32,000 nt of DNA from NCBI RefSeq assembly GCF_051307035.1, contig NZ_CP195536.1, forward strand, positions 120,001-152,000, written 5' to 3'. Origin of the DNA: Psychrobacter sp. DM4 (GTDB taxonomy: Bacteria; Pseudomonadota; Gammaproteobacteria; Pseudomonadales; Moraxellaceae). Positions 11,763 to 21,127 of this stretch are shown one piece after another; the first letter of the stretch is position 1, and each line of letters starts with the position of its first letter. Below the pieces are notes generated by a model that saw nothing but the letters and a program-made list of their open reading frames with translations, searched no databases and was not told the DNA's origin. Made by a program: the position numbers and the translations under genes.

Positions 11763-12053
11763 TTACTGTTCTGGTGTCCAGCCTTGCGCGCGCTCATAGT
11801 CTTCATTATCCAAAAACTTATCACGCTGCTCGGTCAAGAATTTTTTGGCTTCAGGGTCCAGCATGCTTAGATGGTTCTCATTAATCAGCATCGTTTGCTG
11901 CTCAAGCCATTCCTTCCACGCTTTATCGGAGACTGTGTCTTGTAACTCTTGACCCTTTTTATTAGGAAAAGGCGGATGCGGCATTTTTGGCAAATCTTGT
12001 TTATATTTGCGACAAAACACGGTATTGGCTTGCGGGTTAAAAGTCTCAGTCAT
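11763..12053 (-). CDS. yggX: oxidative damage protection / Fe(2+)-trafficking protein YggX
   Basis: 96-aa ORF with VFCRKY...[30 protein letters not shown], matching the YggX family pattern. It lies 29 nt downstream of argH on the same strand. Confidence 0.88.
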   Translation of the reverse strand: MTETFNPQANTVFCRKYKQDLPKMPHPPFPNKKGQELQDTVSDKAWKEWLEQQTMLINENHLSMLDPEAKKFLTEQRDKFLDNEDYERAQGWTPEQ

Positions 12054-12082
12054 ATTGTTATCCTTATCAGTTTTTACAGAAT

Positions 12083-13603
12083 TTAAGCAAAGGCTTTTAG
12101 GCGCGCGCGACCAGTGACAACGGCTTGTTTGACTTGGTTGGGAGCCGTGCCGCCTAAATGATCACGAGCGGCGAGTGAACCCTCTAGTGTTAGATACTCA
12201 AAAACATCATCACCGATAGCATCACTAAATTGTTGCAACTGCGCCAAGGATAAATCACTCAAATCAACACCTTCTTTGATGCCCAAAGCAACGGCGTTAC
12301 CGACTACTTCGTGAGCATCACGAAAGGCCACGCCATTACGTACCAGATAATCGGCCAAATCGGTTGCCGTCGCATAACCTTTCATCGTAGCGGCGCGCAT
12401 ATTCTCTTTATTTGGGGTGATATTTGGTAGCATATCAGCAAAGGCGAGCAAGGAGCCTGTCAAGGTATCCACGCAGTCGAATAGCGGCTCTTTGTCCTCT
12501 TGGTTGTCTTTGTTGTAGGCTAGAGGCTGACTTTTCATGAGGCTTAGTAGCGTCATGAGCTGACCAAAGACACGTGCGGCTTTACCACGTACTAGCTCTG
12601 GCACATCAGGGTTTTTCTTTTGCGGCATGATTGAGGAGCCGGTACAGAAGCGATCGGGTATTTGTACAAAGTTAAATTGCGCTGACATCCACAGGATAAT
12701 CTCCTCACTCATACGTGATAGATGCATCATGAGGATTGACGCCGCTGAAGTGAACTCAATCGCAAAATCTCGATCAGATACGGCATCGAGAGAGTTTTGG
12801 CAAATACCTTCGAAACCTAATAACTCAGCGGTAATGGTGCGATCAATTGGAAAAGTCGTACCCGCGAGGGCTGCGCTACCAAGTGGTAGCTGATTGATAC
12901 GGCGACGGGCGTCAACTAGGCGCTCAGTATCACGGTAGAGCATCTCAAACCATGCCATTACATGGTGACCAAAGCTCACCGGCTGCGCAGTTTGCAAATG
13001 TGTAAAGCCTGGCATGATCGTATCAGTATGCTGCTCAGCCAAATTGAGCAAGCCGCTTTGTAAGCGCACTAACAGCTCGATGATATTATCCGTCTCTTCG
13101 CGTAACCAAAGACGGATGTCGGTTGCGACCTGATCATTGCGGCTACGTCCCGTATGCAGTTTTTTACCGACCGGACCGATCATATCGGTTAGGCGCGATT
13201 CAACATTCATATGCACGTCCTCTAACGCAATAGACCACTGAAACTCGCCCGCTTCAATCTCGCGTAGTACTTGCTGTAGACCCTCTATAATGGTTGCAAC
13301 GTCATCCGCTGCCAAAATATCGCAGCGACCAAGCATAGTAGCGTGAGCAATTGAGCCTTCGATATCATGGCGTGCAAAGCGCTGATCAAAACCGACAGAG
13401 GCGGTAAAGGCGGCCACGAAGCTATCAGTCGCTTCGCTAAAGCGCCCACCCCACATCTGCTGACCTTGAGTATTTGTAGAAGGGTTTGATGGCTCGTTTT
13501 GTTCCGCGTCCACCGGCGTATCTGTGCTAGAATTAGTAGCAGGTGACTTTTTGTTTTGCTCAGCAGCGACGGAGCTATTAGGGTTTGAAGAAGTGGCGTT
13601 CAT
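12083..13603 (-). CDS. argH: argininosuccinate lyase
   Basis: The conserved core begins at [11 protein letters not shown] and includes the fumarate-lyase signature [12 protein letters not shown]. The longest ORF adds 49 N/S/T/P/Q-rich residues upstream. An alternative start is ATG 13456, preceded by AAGG at 7-nt spacing. Confidence 0.93.
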   Translation of the reverse strand: MNATSSNPNSSVAAEQNKKSPATNSSTDTPVDAEQNEPSNPSTNTQGQQMWGGRFSEATDSFVAAFTASVGFDQRFARHDIEGSIAHATMLGRCDILAADDVATIIEGLQQVLREIEAGEFQWSIALEDVHMNVESRLTDMIGPVGKKLHTGRSRNDQVATDIRLWLREETDNIIELLVRLQSGLLNLAEQHTDTIMPGFTHLQTAQPVSFGHHVMAWFEMLYRDTERLVDARRRINQLPLGSAALAGTTFPIDRTITAELLGFEGICQNSLDAVSDRDFAIEFTSAASILMMHLSRMSEEIILWMSAQFNFVQIPDRFCTGSSIMPQKKNPDVPELVRGKAARVFGQLMTLLSLMKSQPLAYNKDNQEDKEPLFDCVDTLTGSLLAFADMLPNITPNKENMRAATMKGYATATDLADYLVRNGVAFRDAHEVVGNAVALGIKEGVDLSDLSLAQLQQFSDAIGDDVFEYLTLEGSLAARDHLGGTAPNQVKQAVVTGRARLKAFA

Positions 13604-13701
13604 ATCGGTCCAAGACTACTCATAAGAATAAGCACTCAAGTATAGCAAATGATGAGGTTGCCTTACTAGCAGCGCGCTTAGAGTTTTTTATTCCCAAGCT
13701 C

Positions 13702-14736
13702 ATGGAGATGATGAAACCTTGGCAATGGATGCTGTATATCTTTTTTTGGTCGTTATTTGTTACCATCATTAAACGTCAAGATTTGGTCACAGGCTCAGAT
13801 TTTGGCCTTTTTTTTGCAAGTTACGTCTCTCAAAACGTTATATCCATCATCCCTATCTTGTATCTCATTGATTATCTGCGTCCTATCTTTAAGACCATGA
13901 GCAACGTTAGAGTTAGTGTCTATATCATAGCGCTCTTTATGACAAGTTCTGCTGTGACCATGGTCTTGGTTCAACTGGTGATGATTACCTTTAATTGGAT
14001 GCAGTACGATACCCAAAGCTTTATTATTGATGTCTTACTAGATAGCATCATTGGTGGCGGTTTTACCTTAGTATTTATCCTGTACTTTTTGCGGCGTTAT
14101 ATCGAGCTCAATGCTCTCAAAGTATCGTTCGAGGAGAAGCTAAGCGCACAAAATGATATGATCAAAGCCCGTATTGCCCCGCACTTTTTGTTTAATACCA
14201 TTAATACGCTAATAGCCCTGATAGAGACCAATCCTGCGCGCGCATCCGAGCTATTGGAGCATGTGTCAGCACTATTTCGTGCCAGTTTTGATGGTCCCCG
14301 TGAAATCAGCTTTGAAGAAGAGATTGCGCTTTGTGAGCACTATATTGCGATCGAATCAAGTCGGCTGGCAGATAAGCTCGTTGTCAACTGGTCTTTACCT
14401 GACGAGGATGTCATGTACGATATGGTCATCACTTCTTTAACCTTACAAAGTGTCCTTGAAAAAATGTTACTCAACGTGGTGGAGATGACCACTGAAACCA
14501 TAGGTATAGATATAACGGTCACATGGAAGCAGCATCGCGTGACCATTGACATTACGGTGCAGTTGCCCAATAAAACTTTGATGGTTGTATATGATCTACA
14601 ACAGCATATGAATTTCTACATTCAAGCCGAACGCCTGAGATCTTATTTCGGTCAGAGCGCTACTATCGAGAGCAAGGTCACCAGTGAGCAAATTGTTACC
14701 AAAATAAATTATCCACTCCATGATGTCGGTCTGTAA
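13702..14736 (+). CDS. algZ: LytS/YehU-family (His_kinase domain) membrane sensor kinase, AlgZ/FimS-like
   Basis: N-terminal TM segments, then the H-box region RIAPHFLFNTINTLIALIE. Its position between argH and algR-hemC matches the Pseudomonas algZ locus. The start is taken at MEMMKPWQW (13702). The tracked TTG at 13585 overlaps argH and is unlikely. Confidence 0.75.
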   Translation: MEMMKPWQWMLYIFFWSLFVTIIKRQDLVTGSDFGLFFASYVSQNVISIIPILYLIDYLRPIFKTMSNVRVSVYIIALFMTSSAVTMVLVQLVMITFNWMQYDTQSFIIDVLLDSIIGGGFTLVFILYFLRRYIELNALKVSFEEKLSAQNDMIKARIAPHFLFNTINTLIALIETNPARASELLEHVSALFRASFDGPREISFEEEIALCEHYIAIESSRLADKLVVNWSLPDEDVMYDMVITSLTLQSVLEKMLLNVVEMTTETIGIDITVTWKQHRVTIDITVQLPNKTLMVVYDLQQHMNFYIQAERLRSYFGQSATIESKVTSEQIVTKINYPLHDVGL

Positions 14737-15035
14737 AACGTTTAAAACATCATTCGTTAACAGCTGGCATACTTATTGCTACGTTATTATTACTACCGAT
14801 ATCATGATAACTATTATTATCAATAGCGATACCAAAAGTAGCTTTAAAGTTTTGTTTATCACGTTTTTCTTTCAAGAAATAAGATGTTAAAGAGACTTTT
14901 TAAAGCATATAAATACTAAGTTTTTATATAAAATACGCTATGAGATGGATAAATTATCGATAACTATGAACATATGCCAGTATAATATTTATACGACATA
15001 AGAGCACTCATATATAAGATGAGAGAGGATATTAC

Positions 15036-15773
15036 ATGCGGATTGTTGTTTGTGATGATGAGCCATTGGCGCGCGAGCGTTTGGTTAGAATCGTTCAAGA
15101 GTCAGGTCACAAAGTAGTTGCTCAAGCAACGACTGGCATGGAAGCTATTACCGCCGTAAAGTCTCAGCAACCAGATATCATCTTGTTAGATATACGTATG
15201 CCTGAGATGGATGGCGTACGCTGTGCTCATGAACTTAATAAGCTTGAGCATCCACCAGCTATTATCTTTGTCACCGCTTACGATCATTATGCTATTGCAG
15301 CCCTTAGAGCCAATGCCATTGGTTATTTGCTTAAACCGGCCAATAAGGATGAGCTGCTAGAAGCACTCAGTAAAGCTAAAAATCTAAACGCAGCCCAGCT
15401 CAATGAGATTCGCAAACTTGAAGACCCAACTGCCAGACCTATCCGCGAGCATATCTCTGCGCGTACTCATCGCGGTGTTGAGCTCATTAAGCTCAAAGAC
15501 ATCTACTACTGTACCGCCGATCAAAAGTACGTCAAAGTGCGCCACAAAGACGGTATTGTATTAATCGATGAGACTCTAAAAGAGCTTGAGCTAGAGTTTG
15601 AAGACCGCCTGTTTCGCGTCCATCGCAACGCCATTATCAATCTAAGTTACCTAGATTTCTTGGAGACAGTTGATGCAGGTCAGTATCAAGTCCGCTTCAA
15701 GGACATTGATGAGACTTTGGCCGTCAGTCGTCGTCACCTACCAGCGTTACGTGAAAAAATACAAAGCATGTAA
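15036..15773 (+). CDS. algR: LytTR-family two-component response regulator AlgR
   Basis: Receiver domain (MRIVVCDDEPLARE, phospho-acceptor context DIILLDIRMPEMDG, KP motif LLKPANK) plus a C-terminal LytTR DNA-binding domain (FRVHRNAIINL). A GAGAGG site precedes the ATG. Confidence 0.88.
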   Translation: MRIVVCDDEPLARERLVRIVQESGHKVVAQATTGMEAITAVKSQQPDIILLDIRMPEMDGVRCAHELNKLEHPPAIIFVTAYDHYAIAALRANAIGYLLKPANKDELLEALSKAKNLNAAQLNEIRKLEDPTARPIREHISARTHRGVELIKLKDIYYCTADQKYVKVRHKDGIVLIDETLKELELEFEDRLFRVHRNAIINLSYLDFLETVDAGQYQVRFKDIDETLAVSRRHLPALREKIQSM

Positions 15774-15843
15774 AATTATAAGTTTCCAGATTTTAGTCAA
15801 CATAAACTATAGCAATACCTAGCAGGCAGACCGTATCATCAAA

Positions 15844-15877
15844 CCCTTATTTGTGCTTAAATAGGGGTATTTTTTTG
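15844..15877 (+). terminator. Rho-independent terminator after algR
   Basis: A 9-bp stem CCCTTATTT/AAATAGGGG (one G-U pair) with loop GTGCTT, followed by TATTTTTTT. Confidence 0.7.
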
Positions 15878-15930
15878 CGTCCATTTTTGTATGGTTAATT
15901 ATTTATTATTGAACTTACTTGAGGTCTTTT

Positions 15931-16959
15931 ATGAGCAACCTGCTACCACCTGCTTTGACTACCCTAAACATTGCGACCCGTCAAAGCCCTTTAGCCTTAT
16001 GGCAAGCGGAGCACATTCGAGATCGACTGCTAGCGCTATATCCTGACATGACTATCAATTTGCTCAAAATTGTCACCAAGGGCGACAAAATTCTAGATAC
16101 GCCGTTGGCTAAGATCGGTGGCAAAGGTTTGTTTGTTAAGGAGTTAGAAGAAGCGTTGTACGATAAGCAGGCTGATATAGCAGTGCACTCACTAAAAGAC
16201 GTTCCGATGCAACTGCCAGCAGGTCTCGTGCTTGGCGTCTATTGCACACGTGCCGCGCCAACAGATGCTTTTGTCTCAAACACTTATGCACATATTGATG
16301 AGTTACCGCAAGGGGCTATCGTAGGTACGGCAAGTTTACGTCGTCAGTGTCAGATAAAAGCTTATCGCCCAGACCTACAAATAAAAACTCTACGCGGCAA
16401 TGTAGGAACGCGCTTGGGTAAGCTTGATGCTGGCGATTACGATGCGATCATTTTGGCAACTAGTGGCCTACAGCGCATTGAGCTTGACGCTCGTATTCGA
16501 AGTGAGCTTGATATCGATATGTGCCTGCCTGCGGTAGGACAAGGTGCCTTAGCTATTGAATGCCGCGAAGATGATGCGCAGATATTGTCCTTACTTGCAC
16601 CCCTTAACGATAATAAGGCTCGGATTCGCCTAATCGCTGAGCGTGCGCTCAACCGGCATTTGCAAGGGGGCTGTCAAGTACCTATCGCCGCTTTTGCAGT
16701 ATTACAAATGGCGAATGCCAGTAGCGTGAATGCTAATAATGACATCGCCAATGACGATAACGGCACTATACTTTGGCTACGGGGTCGAGTCGGTTCCGAG
16801 GACGGTAGTCAATTACTAAAAGCAGACAAGCGTATCACGCTAAGCGGTACGCAAGATGAGCAAGAAACACAAGCCAATCAGCTGGGTATCGAGGTGGCAG
16901 ATCAGCTACTTAATAAAGGGGCAGGTGATATTCTAGCCGCTATTTATCAGACTACATAA
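15931..16959 (+). CDS. hemC: hydroxymethylbilane synthase (porphobilinogen deaminase)
   Basis: [46 protein letters not shown], and CQVPIAAFA holding the cofactor Cys. ATG 15931 is preceded by GAGG 6 nt upstream. Confidence 0.95.
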   Translation: MSNLLPPALTTLNIATRQSPLALWQAEHIRDRLLALYPDMTINLLKIVTKGDKILDTPLAKIGGKGLFVKELEEALYDKQADIAVHSLKDVPMQLPAGLVLGVYCTRAAPTDAFVSNTYAHIDELPQGAIVGTASLRRQCQIKAYRPDLQIKTLRGNVGTRLGKLDAGDYDAIILATSGLQRIELDARIRSELDIDMCLPAVGQGALAIECREDDAQILSLLAPLNDNKARIRLIAERALNRHLQGGCQVPIAAFAVLQMANASSVNANNDIANDDNGTILWLRGRVGSEDGSQLLKADKRITLSGTQDEQETQANQLGIEVADQLLNKGAGDILAAIYQTT

Positions 16960-17005
16960 AGTCTATTTAACAGTGCTTTTACCTAATCCTGCTAACGGTA
17001 ATGAT

Positions 17006-18025
17006 ATGTCATCTGATTTTGATCAAGCGTCTGCTAGCACTACTTCGTCCTCGGTCGTGGTCGTTAATACGCGTCCAATAGAGCGTGCTGCGCCGCTAAC
17101 ACATTATCTTCGGGAGTCTGGGATGACTGTGATTGATATGCCTATGCTCGCCTTGCAACCTTGCGCACTGACTACCGAAGATATTGCAGTCATGGAGCAG
17201 TGGCTTGCAGGCGATTATCAAGCCCTGGTCATCGTTAGTCCAACAGCAGCGAATTGTGGCCTAGCGGCTTGGAAAAAACTAGAAACAACTGACCTAAAAA
17301 ACGTAGATAGTGAGTTATCAGACTTAGAGACAGAGTTGTCCGAAATCGCCGTACTAGATAGAGTAAACAAAGCGCCCAGTCAGATTATCGCAGTCGGTGA
17401 AGCAACGGCTACCGTCCTAAAAAGTAACGAGCGTCGAATTGAAAATTATCAAGTACTACAACCTTTGATTGCTGATAATGAAGGCATGCTTGCTATGCCT
17501 GAGATTGAAGGCTTACAAAAAGGCGATAAGCTGTTGGTATGGCGTGGTCTGGGTGGTCGGCGACTACTGGTCGATACTTTGAGTGCTCGCGGGGTTCATA
17601 TCGATAGTATTGCTTGGTATGAGCGCGTGATGCCAAAGGACGCTAGGGATAACTACCAGCGATGGTGTGAGCAGATGATAGCATTCCCTACTACAGGCTT
17701 ATTAAAACCTATTGTTATCATTAGTAGCGGTACGACTTTTGAGCACTGGACTGATATCGTCACTCAGAGACAGCAAACTAAGTTTGATAATAAATATAAG
17801 CTCGATAATCAACCTAAGCCCAATGATAAATTAGAAGAACTATCCGCAAAAGTACAGTCAAATCAGAAACCATGGCCTACACTAAACGACTTTATCTATA
17901 TCGTTTTGGGTGAGCGCTTAGCCCGTATAGTAGCCAAAGAGCAACTAATTTGTTGGCGCGTAGAGGACCTAGCACCTGAGACTATATTGTCGACTATCAA
18001 ACACAAAATCGATGGCATTCAATAG
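17006..18025 (+). CDS. hemD: uroporphyrinogen-III synthase (with large hydrophilic insertions)
   Basis: It sits directly after hemC. It has the HemD-like N-terminus VVVNTRPIERAAPLTHYLRESGMTVIDMPMLALQP and later blocks VGEATA and ISSGTTFEHW. The start is either ATG 17006 or GTG 16973. Confidence 0.8.
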   Translation: MSSDFDQASASTTSSSVVVVNTRPIERAAPLTHYLRESGMTVIDMPMLALQPCALTTEDIAVMEQWLAGDYQALVIVSPTAANCGLAAWKKLETTDLKNVDSELSDLETELSEIAVLDRVNKAPSQIIAVGEATATVLKSNERRIENYQVLQPLIADNEGMLAMPEIEGLQKGDKLLVWRGLGGRRLLVDTLSARGVHIDSIAWYERVMPKDARDNYQRWCEQMIAFPTTGLLKPIVIISSGTTFEHWTDIVTQRQQTKFDNKYKLDNQPKPNDKLEELSAKVQSNQKPWPTLNDFIYIVLGERLARIVAKEQLICWRVEDLAPETILSTIKHKIDGIQ

Positions 18026-18071
18026 TAATCTTCTTTAAAAGTCCTTAAATTTTCTTTCTTGGTATTGTCCT

Positions 18072-19058
18072 ATGTCAACCTCTCCTGAGCCCTCATCTTC
18101 GTCGCCTTCGGCAAAACAGCAGCGTCAGCAAGCCAATATTTTATTATTACGTTTGCAGTGGCTGGTTATTTTGCTGCTCGTTATGGCTTTAGCTGGGTTA
18201 TATATCAGCCAGCAACGCTTTGAGAATCAAATTAATGAGCGCCTGCAAAGTAATGAGCATGTGGTCAGCCGCTTAAATGAGATGGATGATCGCCTGTTTG
18301 CTGTGAGTCAGCAAACCTTACCTCAGCCTAGTATCGCTGCAGGTAGCCAAGCACAAAATCAGCTCGATCTATTACGTATTCAAATACAAGTGGCGGATAA
18401 GTTACTGGCTGATAATAATGACAGAGCCGCTATTAAATTGTTACGTGGCCTACATTGGCAATTGTCGCAGACGGGTAATGAGATTGCGCCTGCGCTCACT
18501 ATCGTCATTAAGCAAAGCCTCATGGACGATATCGAGCGTTTGCAAGCACAAACCTCTCAACCTAGTCCGTGGCAACTACAGAATTTAGCCATTCAGAATA
18601 TTCAAGAGTTTTTGCACAGCCATGAGCGTAACAACAGCCATGAGCGTAACAACAGCCATGAGCGTAACAATAGCCATGAGCAGACTAAAAACTTAACAAA
18701 TGCTAACAAAGAAACGGCTAATAAAACCACGAATAACACAGCCTTGACGGGGCGACAGTTGGTTATCCATGAAGTAATCATGACTCTAAATTTAGCCAGT
18801 CAAGCGAGCAATATGCGCGATCAAGATCAGCTCACCAGTTACTTGCGCCAAGCACGTAAACAGCTTCAAACGCTGGTTGCATCAACCGTAGTTAGCAGAG
18901 CGGCGTTTAATAGTGAACAAGCAGACAATATACAAACAGATAGTGCGCCAAAAAATATCTCAGAGGTTATTGATTGGTTAGACAAACTGATTGCCACTAC
19001 TCCAACGCAAGCGCCTTTATTGACGACTCAAATACTAGAGCAATCAGATGCTCAGTAA
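18072..19058 (+). CDS. hemX: HemX-like membrane-anchored coiled-coil protein
   Basis: It lies after hemD. It has a single N-terminal TM segment (LLLRLQWLVILLLVMALAGLYI) followed by a Q/L-rich helical region, as in HemX proteins of hemCDX clusters. Confidence 0.6.
   Translation: MSTSPEPSSSSPSAKQQRQQANILLLRLQWLVILLLVMALAGLYISQQRFENQINERLQSNEHVVSRLNEMDDRLFAVSQQTLPQPSIAAGSQAQNQLDLLRIQIQVADKLLADNNDRAAIKLLRGLHWQLSQTGNEIAPALTIVIKQSLMDDIERLQAQTSQPSPWQLQNLAIQNIQEFLHSHERNNSHERNNSHERNNSHEQTKNLTNANKETANKTTNNTALTGRQLVIHEVIMTLNLASQASNMRDQDQLTSYLRQARKQLQTLVASTVVSRAAFNSEQADNIQTDSAPKNISEVIDWLDKLIATTPTQAPLLTTQILEQSDAQ
18618..18681 (+). repeat. 18-bp in-frame tandem repeat (about 3.5 copies) inside hemX
   Basis: AGCCATGAGCGTAACAAC occurs at 18618-18635 and 18636-18653. 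A third copy at 18654-18671 has one C-to-T change, and a partial copy runs to 18681. The repeat encodes SHERNN SHERNN SHERNN SHE. Confidence 0.95.
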
Positions 19059-19117
19059 TAGATGCTAATAAAATTATAGCTGTACAAACTATAGCTCACC
19101 GAATATATAGACTAATA

Positions 19118-19639
19118 ATGAATCATACTCTAATACCAAATCAGACACCGCCTATGCAAAATATCAGTGCTACCATCGCTACCAATGCTCCAGATCTTTT
19201 TATTCCAAAAGTTTTAGAAGGTTATCCCGTCCTTCATAATCAGCCCGTACAATGGGGCGAGATGGATGCCTTTAACCATCTGAACAATGTGGTCTATTAT
19301 CGCTACGCTGAGTCTGCTCGTATTGCTTACTTGCAAGCGGTAGGTATGTTTGATGGGAATATGGTGACTGTACTAGCGCAATCAAGCTGTCAGTATTTGC
19401 GTCCAGTGTTCTATCCAGATACGCTTTTGTTAGGAGTACGCTGTCAGCGCCTAGGCAACACCAGCATTGTCATAGAGTACGGCTACTACAGCTACGAGCA
19501 GCAAGCGCTTGTTGCGACAGCTGAAGCTGTAATAGTGCGTTTGGACAGTACGGGCAAAACAAAACTGCCATGGACGCAAAAAGAGCGCGATCGTCTTATG
19601 CTGTTAGAGTCTGAGGTGGGTCATATACCAAAAGTATAG
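19118..19639 (+). CDS. acyl-CoA thioesterase, hotdog fold (4HBT/YbgC-like)
   Basis: The tracked ORF 18974-19639 overlaps hemX. The plausible start is MNHTLIPN (ATG 19118). The motif VQWGEMDAFNHLNNVVYYRYAESARIAYL is typical of 4HBT-type thioesterases. Confidence 0.75.
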   Translation: MNHTLIPNQTPPMQNISATIATNAPDLFIPKVLEGYPVLHNQPVQWGEMDAFNHLNNVVYYRYAESARIAYLQAVGMFDGNMVTVLAQSSCQYLRPVFYPDTLLLGVRCQRLGNTSIVIEYGYYSYEQQALVATAEAVIVRLDSTGKTKLPWTQKERDRLMLLESEVGHIPKV

Positions 19640-19664
19640 CTCGCCCAGCATCGATAGTCTTGAA

Positions 19665-19706
19665 TAAAAAAAGGCACCTCACTATCCATGAAGGTGCCTT
19701 TTTTAC
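19665..19706. terminator. bidirectional Rho-independent terminator between the thioesterase gene and ribBA
   Basis: Stem AAGGCACCT (19671-19679) pairs with AGGTGCCTT (19692-19700), with an A-run before and a T-run after. Confidence 0.85.
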
Positions 19707-19747
19707 TATGTACTTTTAAATTACAGATCGAGATTACCGCTTAGAGT

Positions 19748-20863
19748 TTAATCTTCTTGATTAGGCGAGTGCACAAAATCGACTACATTGAGCTCGAACC
19801 CTGACAACGCATAGAACTTCATAGGAGAGGATAGTAGGCGCATATCACGCACGCCCAAATGACGCAAAATCTGTGCGCCAACACCGATACTACGATAAGG
19901 CTGCTGAGTGATAGTAGAGATGGATTGATTATCCGATGCTTTATCTAGAGCCTCTCCCAAATCTATCGGCTGATGACTTCCAATCCATACGAGTACTCCG
20001 CGCTCCGATGCACTGATCTCCTCCATTGCTGACTGAACACTCCAGCCACCGCGACCTGTTGTATCATTTTTCGCTGCAAATAAATCACGTAGTGGATGAA
20101 AGCCATGTACGCGTACGGTACTGACGCCAGTACTAACATCTCCTTTCACGAGCGCCAAATGAGTCTCATCTGCGCCAAACTCACGAAAACGATGGAGCAT
20201 AAAAGTGCCGTGCTCAGTTTCAAACGGACGTGATTCAATCTCCTCAATCGTCTGCTCGTTGGCAATACGGTAATTGATGAGATCAGCGATAGTACCGATT
20301 TTGATGTTGTGCTCTTTAGCAAATATCTCCAGATCATCACGGCGCGCCATAGTACCGTCAGGATTGATGATCTCGACGATGACCGCCGCAGGCTCAAGAC
20401 CTGCCAAACGCGCCAAATCGCAACCCGCTTCGGTATGGCCGGCACGGTGCAAGACGCCGCCGTTTTGCGCCATGATTGGGAAGATATGTCCAGGTTGGAC
20501 AATGTCTTCAGGCTTAGCTGCAGAGGAGACTGCCGCTTGAATCGTACGCGCGCGATCGCCTGCCGAGATACCAGTCGTCACGCCCTCAGCAGCCTCAATA
20601 GAAACCGTGAAGTTAGTGCTAAATTTGGCTTCGTTACGATCAGACATCAGCGGCAGCTCAAGCTGATGACAGCGCGCTTGCGATAGCGTCAAACATACCA
20701 AACCGCGGGCATGGGTGATCATAAAATTGATGTCATCGGCACGCACATGGGTGGCGGCCATAATGATATCGCCTTCATTCTCGCGATCCTCATCGTCCAT
20801 CAAAATAACCATCTTGCCCGCGCGAATGTCTTCGATAATCTCAGGAATCGTATCTAAACTCAT
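19748..20863 (-). CDS. ribBA: 3,4-dihydroxy-2-butanone-4-phosphate synthase fused to a GTP-cyclohydrolase-II-like (apparently degenerate) domain
   Basis: The N-terminal RibB domain has DDEDRENEGD, GLVCLT and HTEAGCDLARLAG. The C-terminal domain aligns to GCH-II but lacks its Cys cluster. The start is taken at MSLDTIPEII (ATG 20863), because the tracked GTG extension looks non-coding. Confidence 0.9.
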   Translation of the reverse strand: MSLDTIPEIIEDIRAGKMVILMDDEDRENEGDIIMAATHVRADDINFMITHARGLVCLTLSQARCHQLELPLMSDRNEAKFSTNFTVSIEAAEGVTTGISAGDRARTIQAAVSSAAKPEDIVQPGHIFPIMAQNGGVLHRAGHTEAGCDLARLAGLEPAAVIVEIINPDGTMARRDDLEIFAKEHNIKIGTIADLINYRIANEQTIEEIESRPFETEHGTFMLHRFREFGADETHLALVKGDVSTGVSTVRVHGFHPLRDLFAAKNDTTGRGGWSVQSAMEEISASERGVLVWIGSHQPIDLGEALDKASDNQSISTITQQPYRSIGVGAQILRHLGVRDMRLLSSPMKFYALSGFELNVVDFVHSPNQED

Positions 20864-21127
20864 AAAAAATCTCAATGTTTTATTATTTGTCGGTATATAA
20901 AAAGGATAGAAGCAAAATATTTGCCTATTGTAGCAGCAGATTAATAAAAACGCTGTACACACTCTAATAAAAGCGTACAGCGATTAAGTAATCGTAGATA
21001 GAAATGATATAGTGTTTACATGGTGATAAAGCAAGTTACTCGCCCGTTTTAATGGCTTTTTTATTTAACGCCTGTTTGCCTATTACTATGATTGCCTAGT
21101 ACTTCGACTGTCCAGTATTTTGGTCAC

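Noticed and set aside
14737-15035. A possible small gene (29-codon ORF MITIIINSDTKSSFKVLFITFFFQEIRC) or mobile-element remnant in the algZ-algR spacer.
   Set aside because: It has no SD, no terminal inverted repeats and no direct-repeat flanks. The composition is simply AT-rich spacer or promoter DNA.
18974-19117. The N-terminal 48 codons of tracked ORF 18974-19639. Similar upstream extensions occur on the ABC exporter (6905-7006), ribBA (20864-20962), thiC (11316-11354) and rarA (22418-22444).
   Set aside because: These extensions overlap neighbouring genes or run through AT-rich promoter-like sequence. They have non-protein-like composition. Conserved N-termini begin at internal Met codons with better ribosome-binding sites.
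20864-21127. A search for an FMN (RFN) riboswitch upstream of ribBA.
   Set aside because: None of the conserved RFN core segments (for example GGGCGGG...CCGAC.GGU.AAGUCCGGAU-type elements) are visible on the minus strand.
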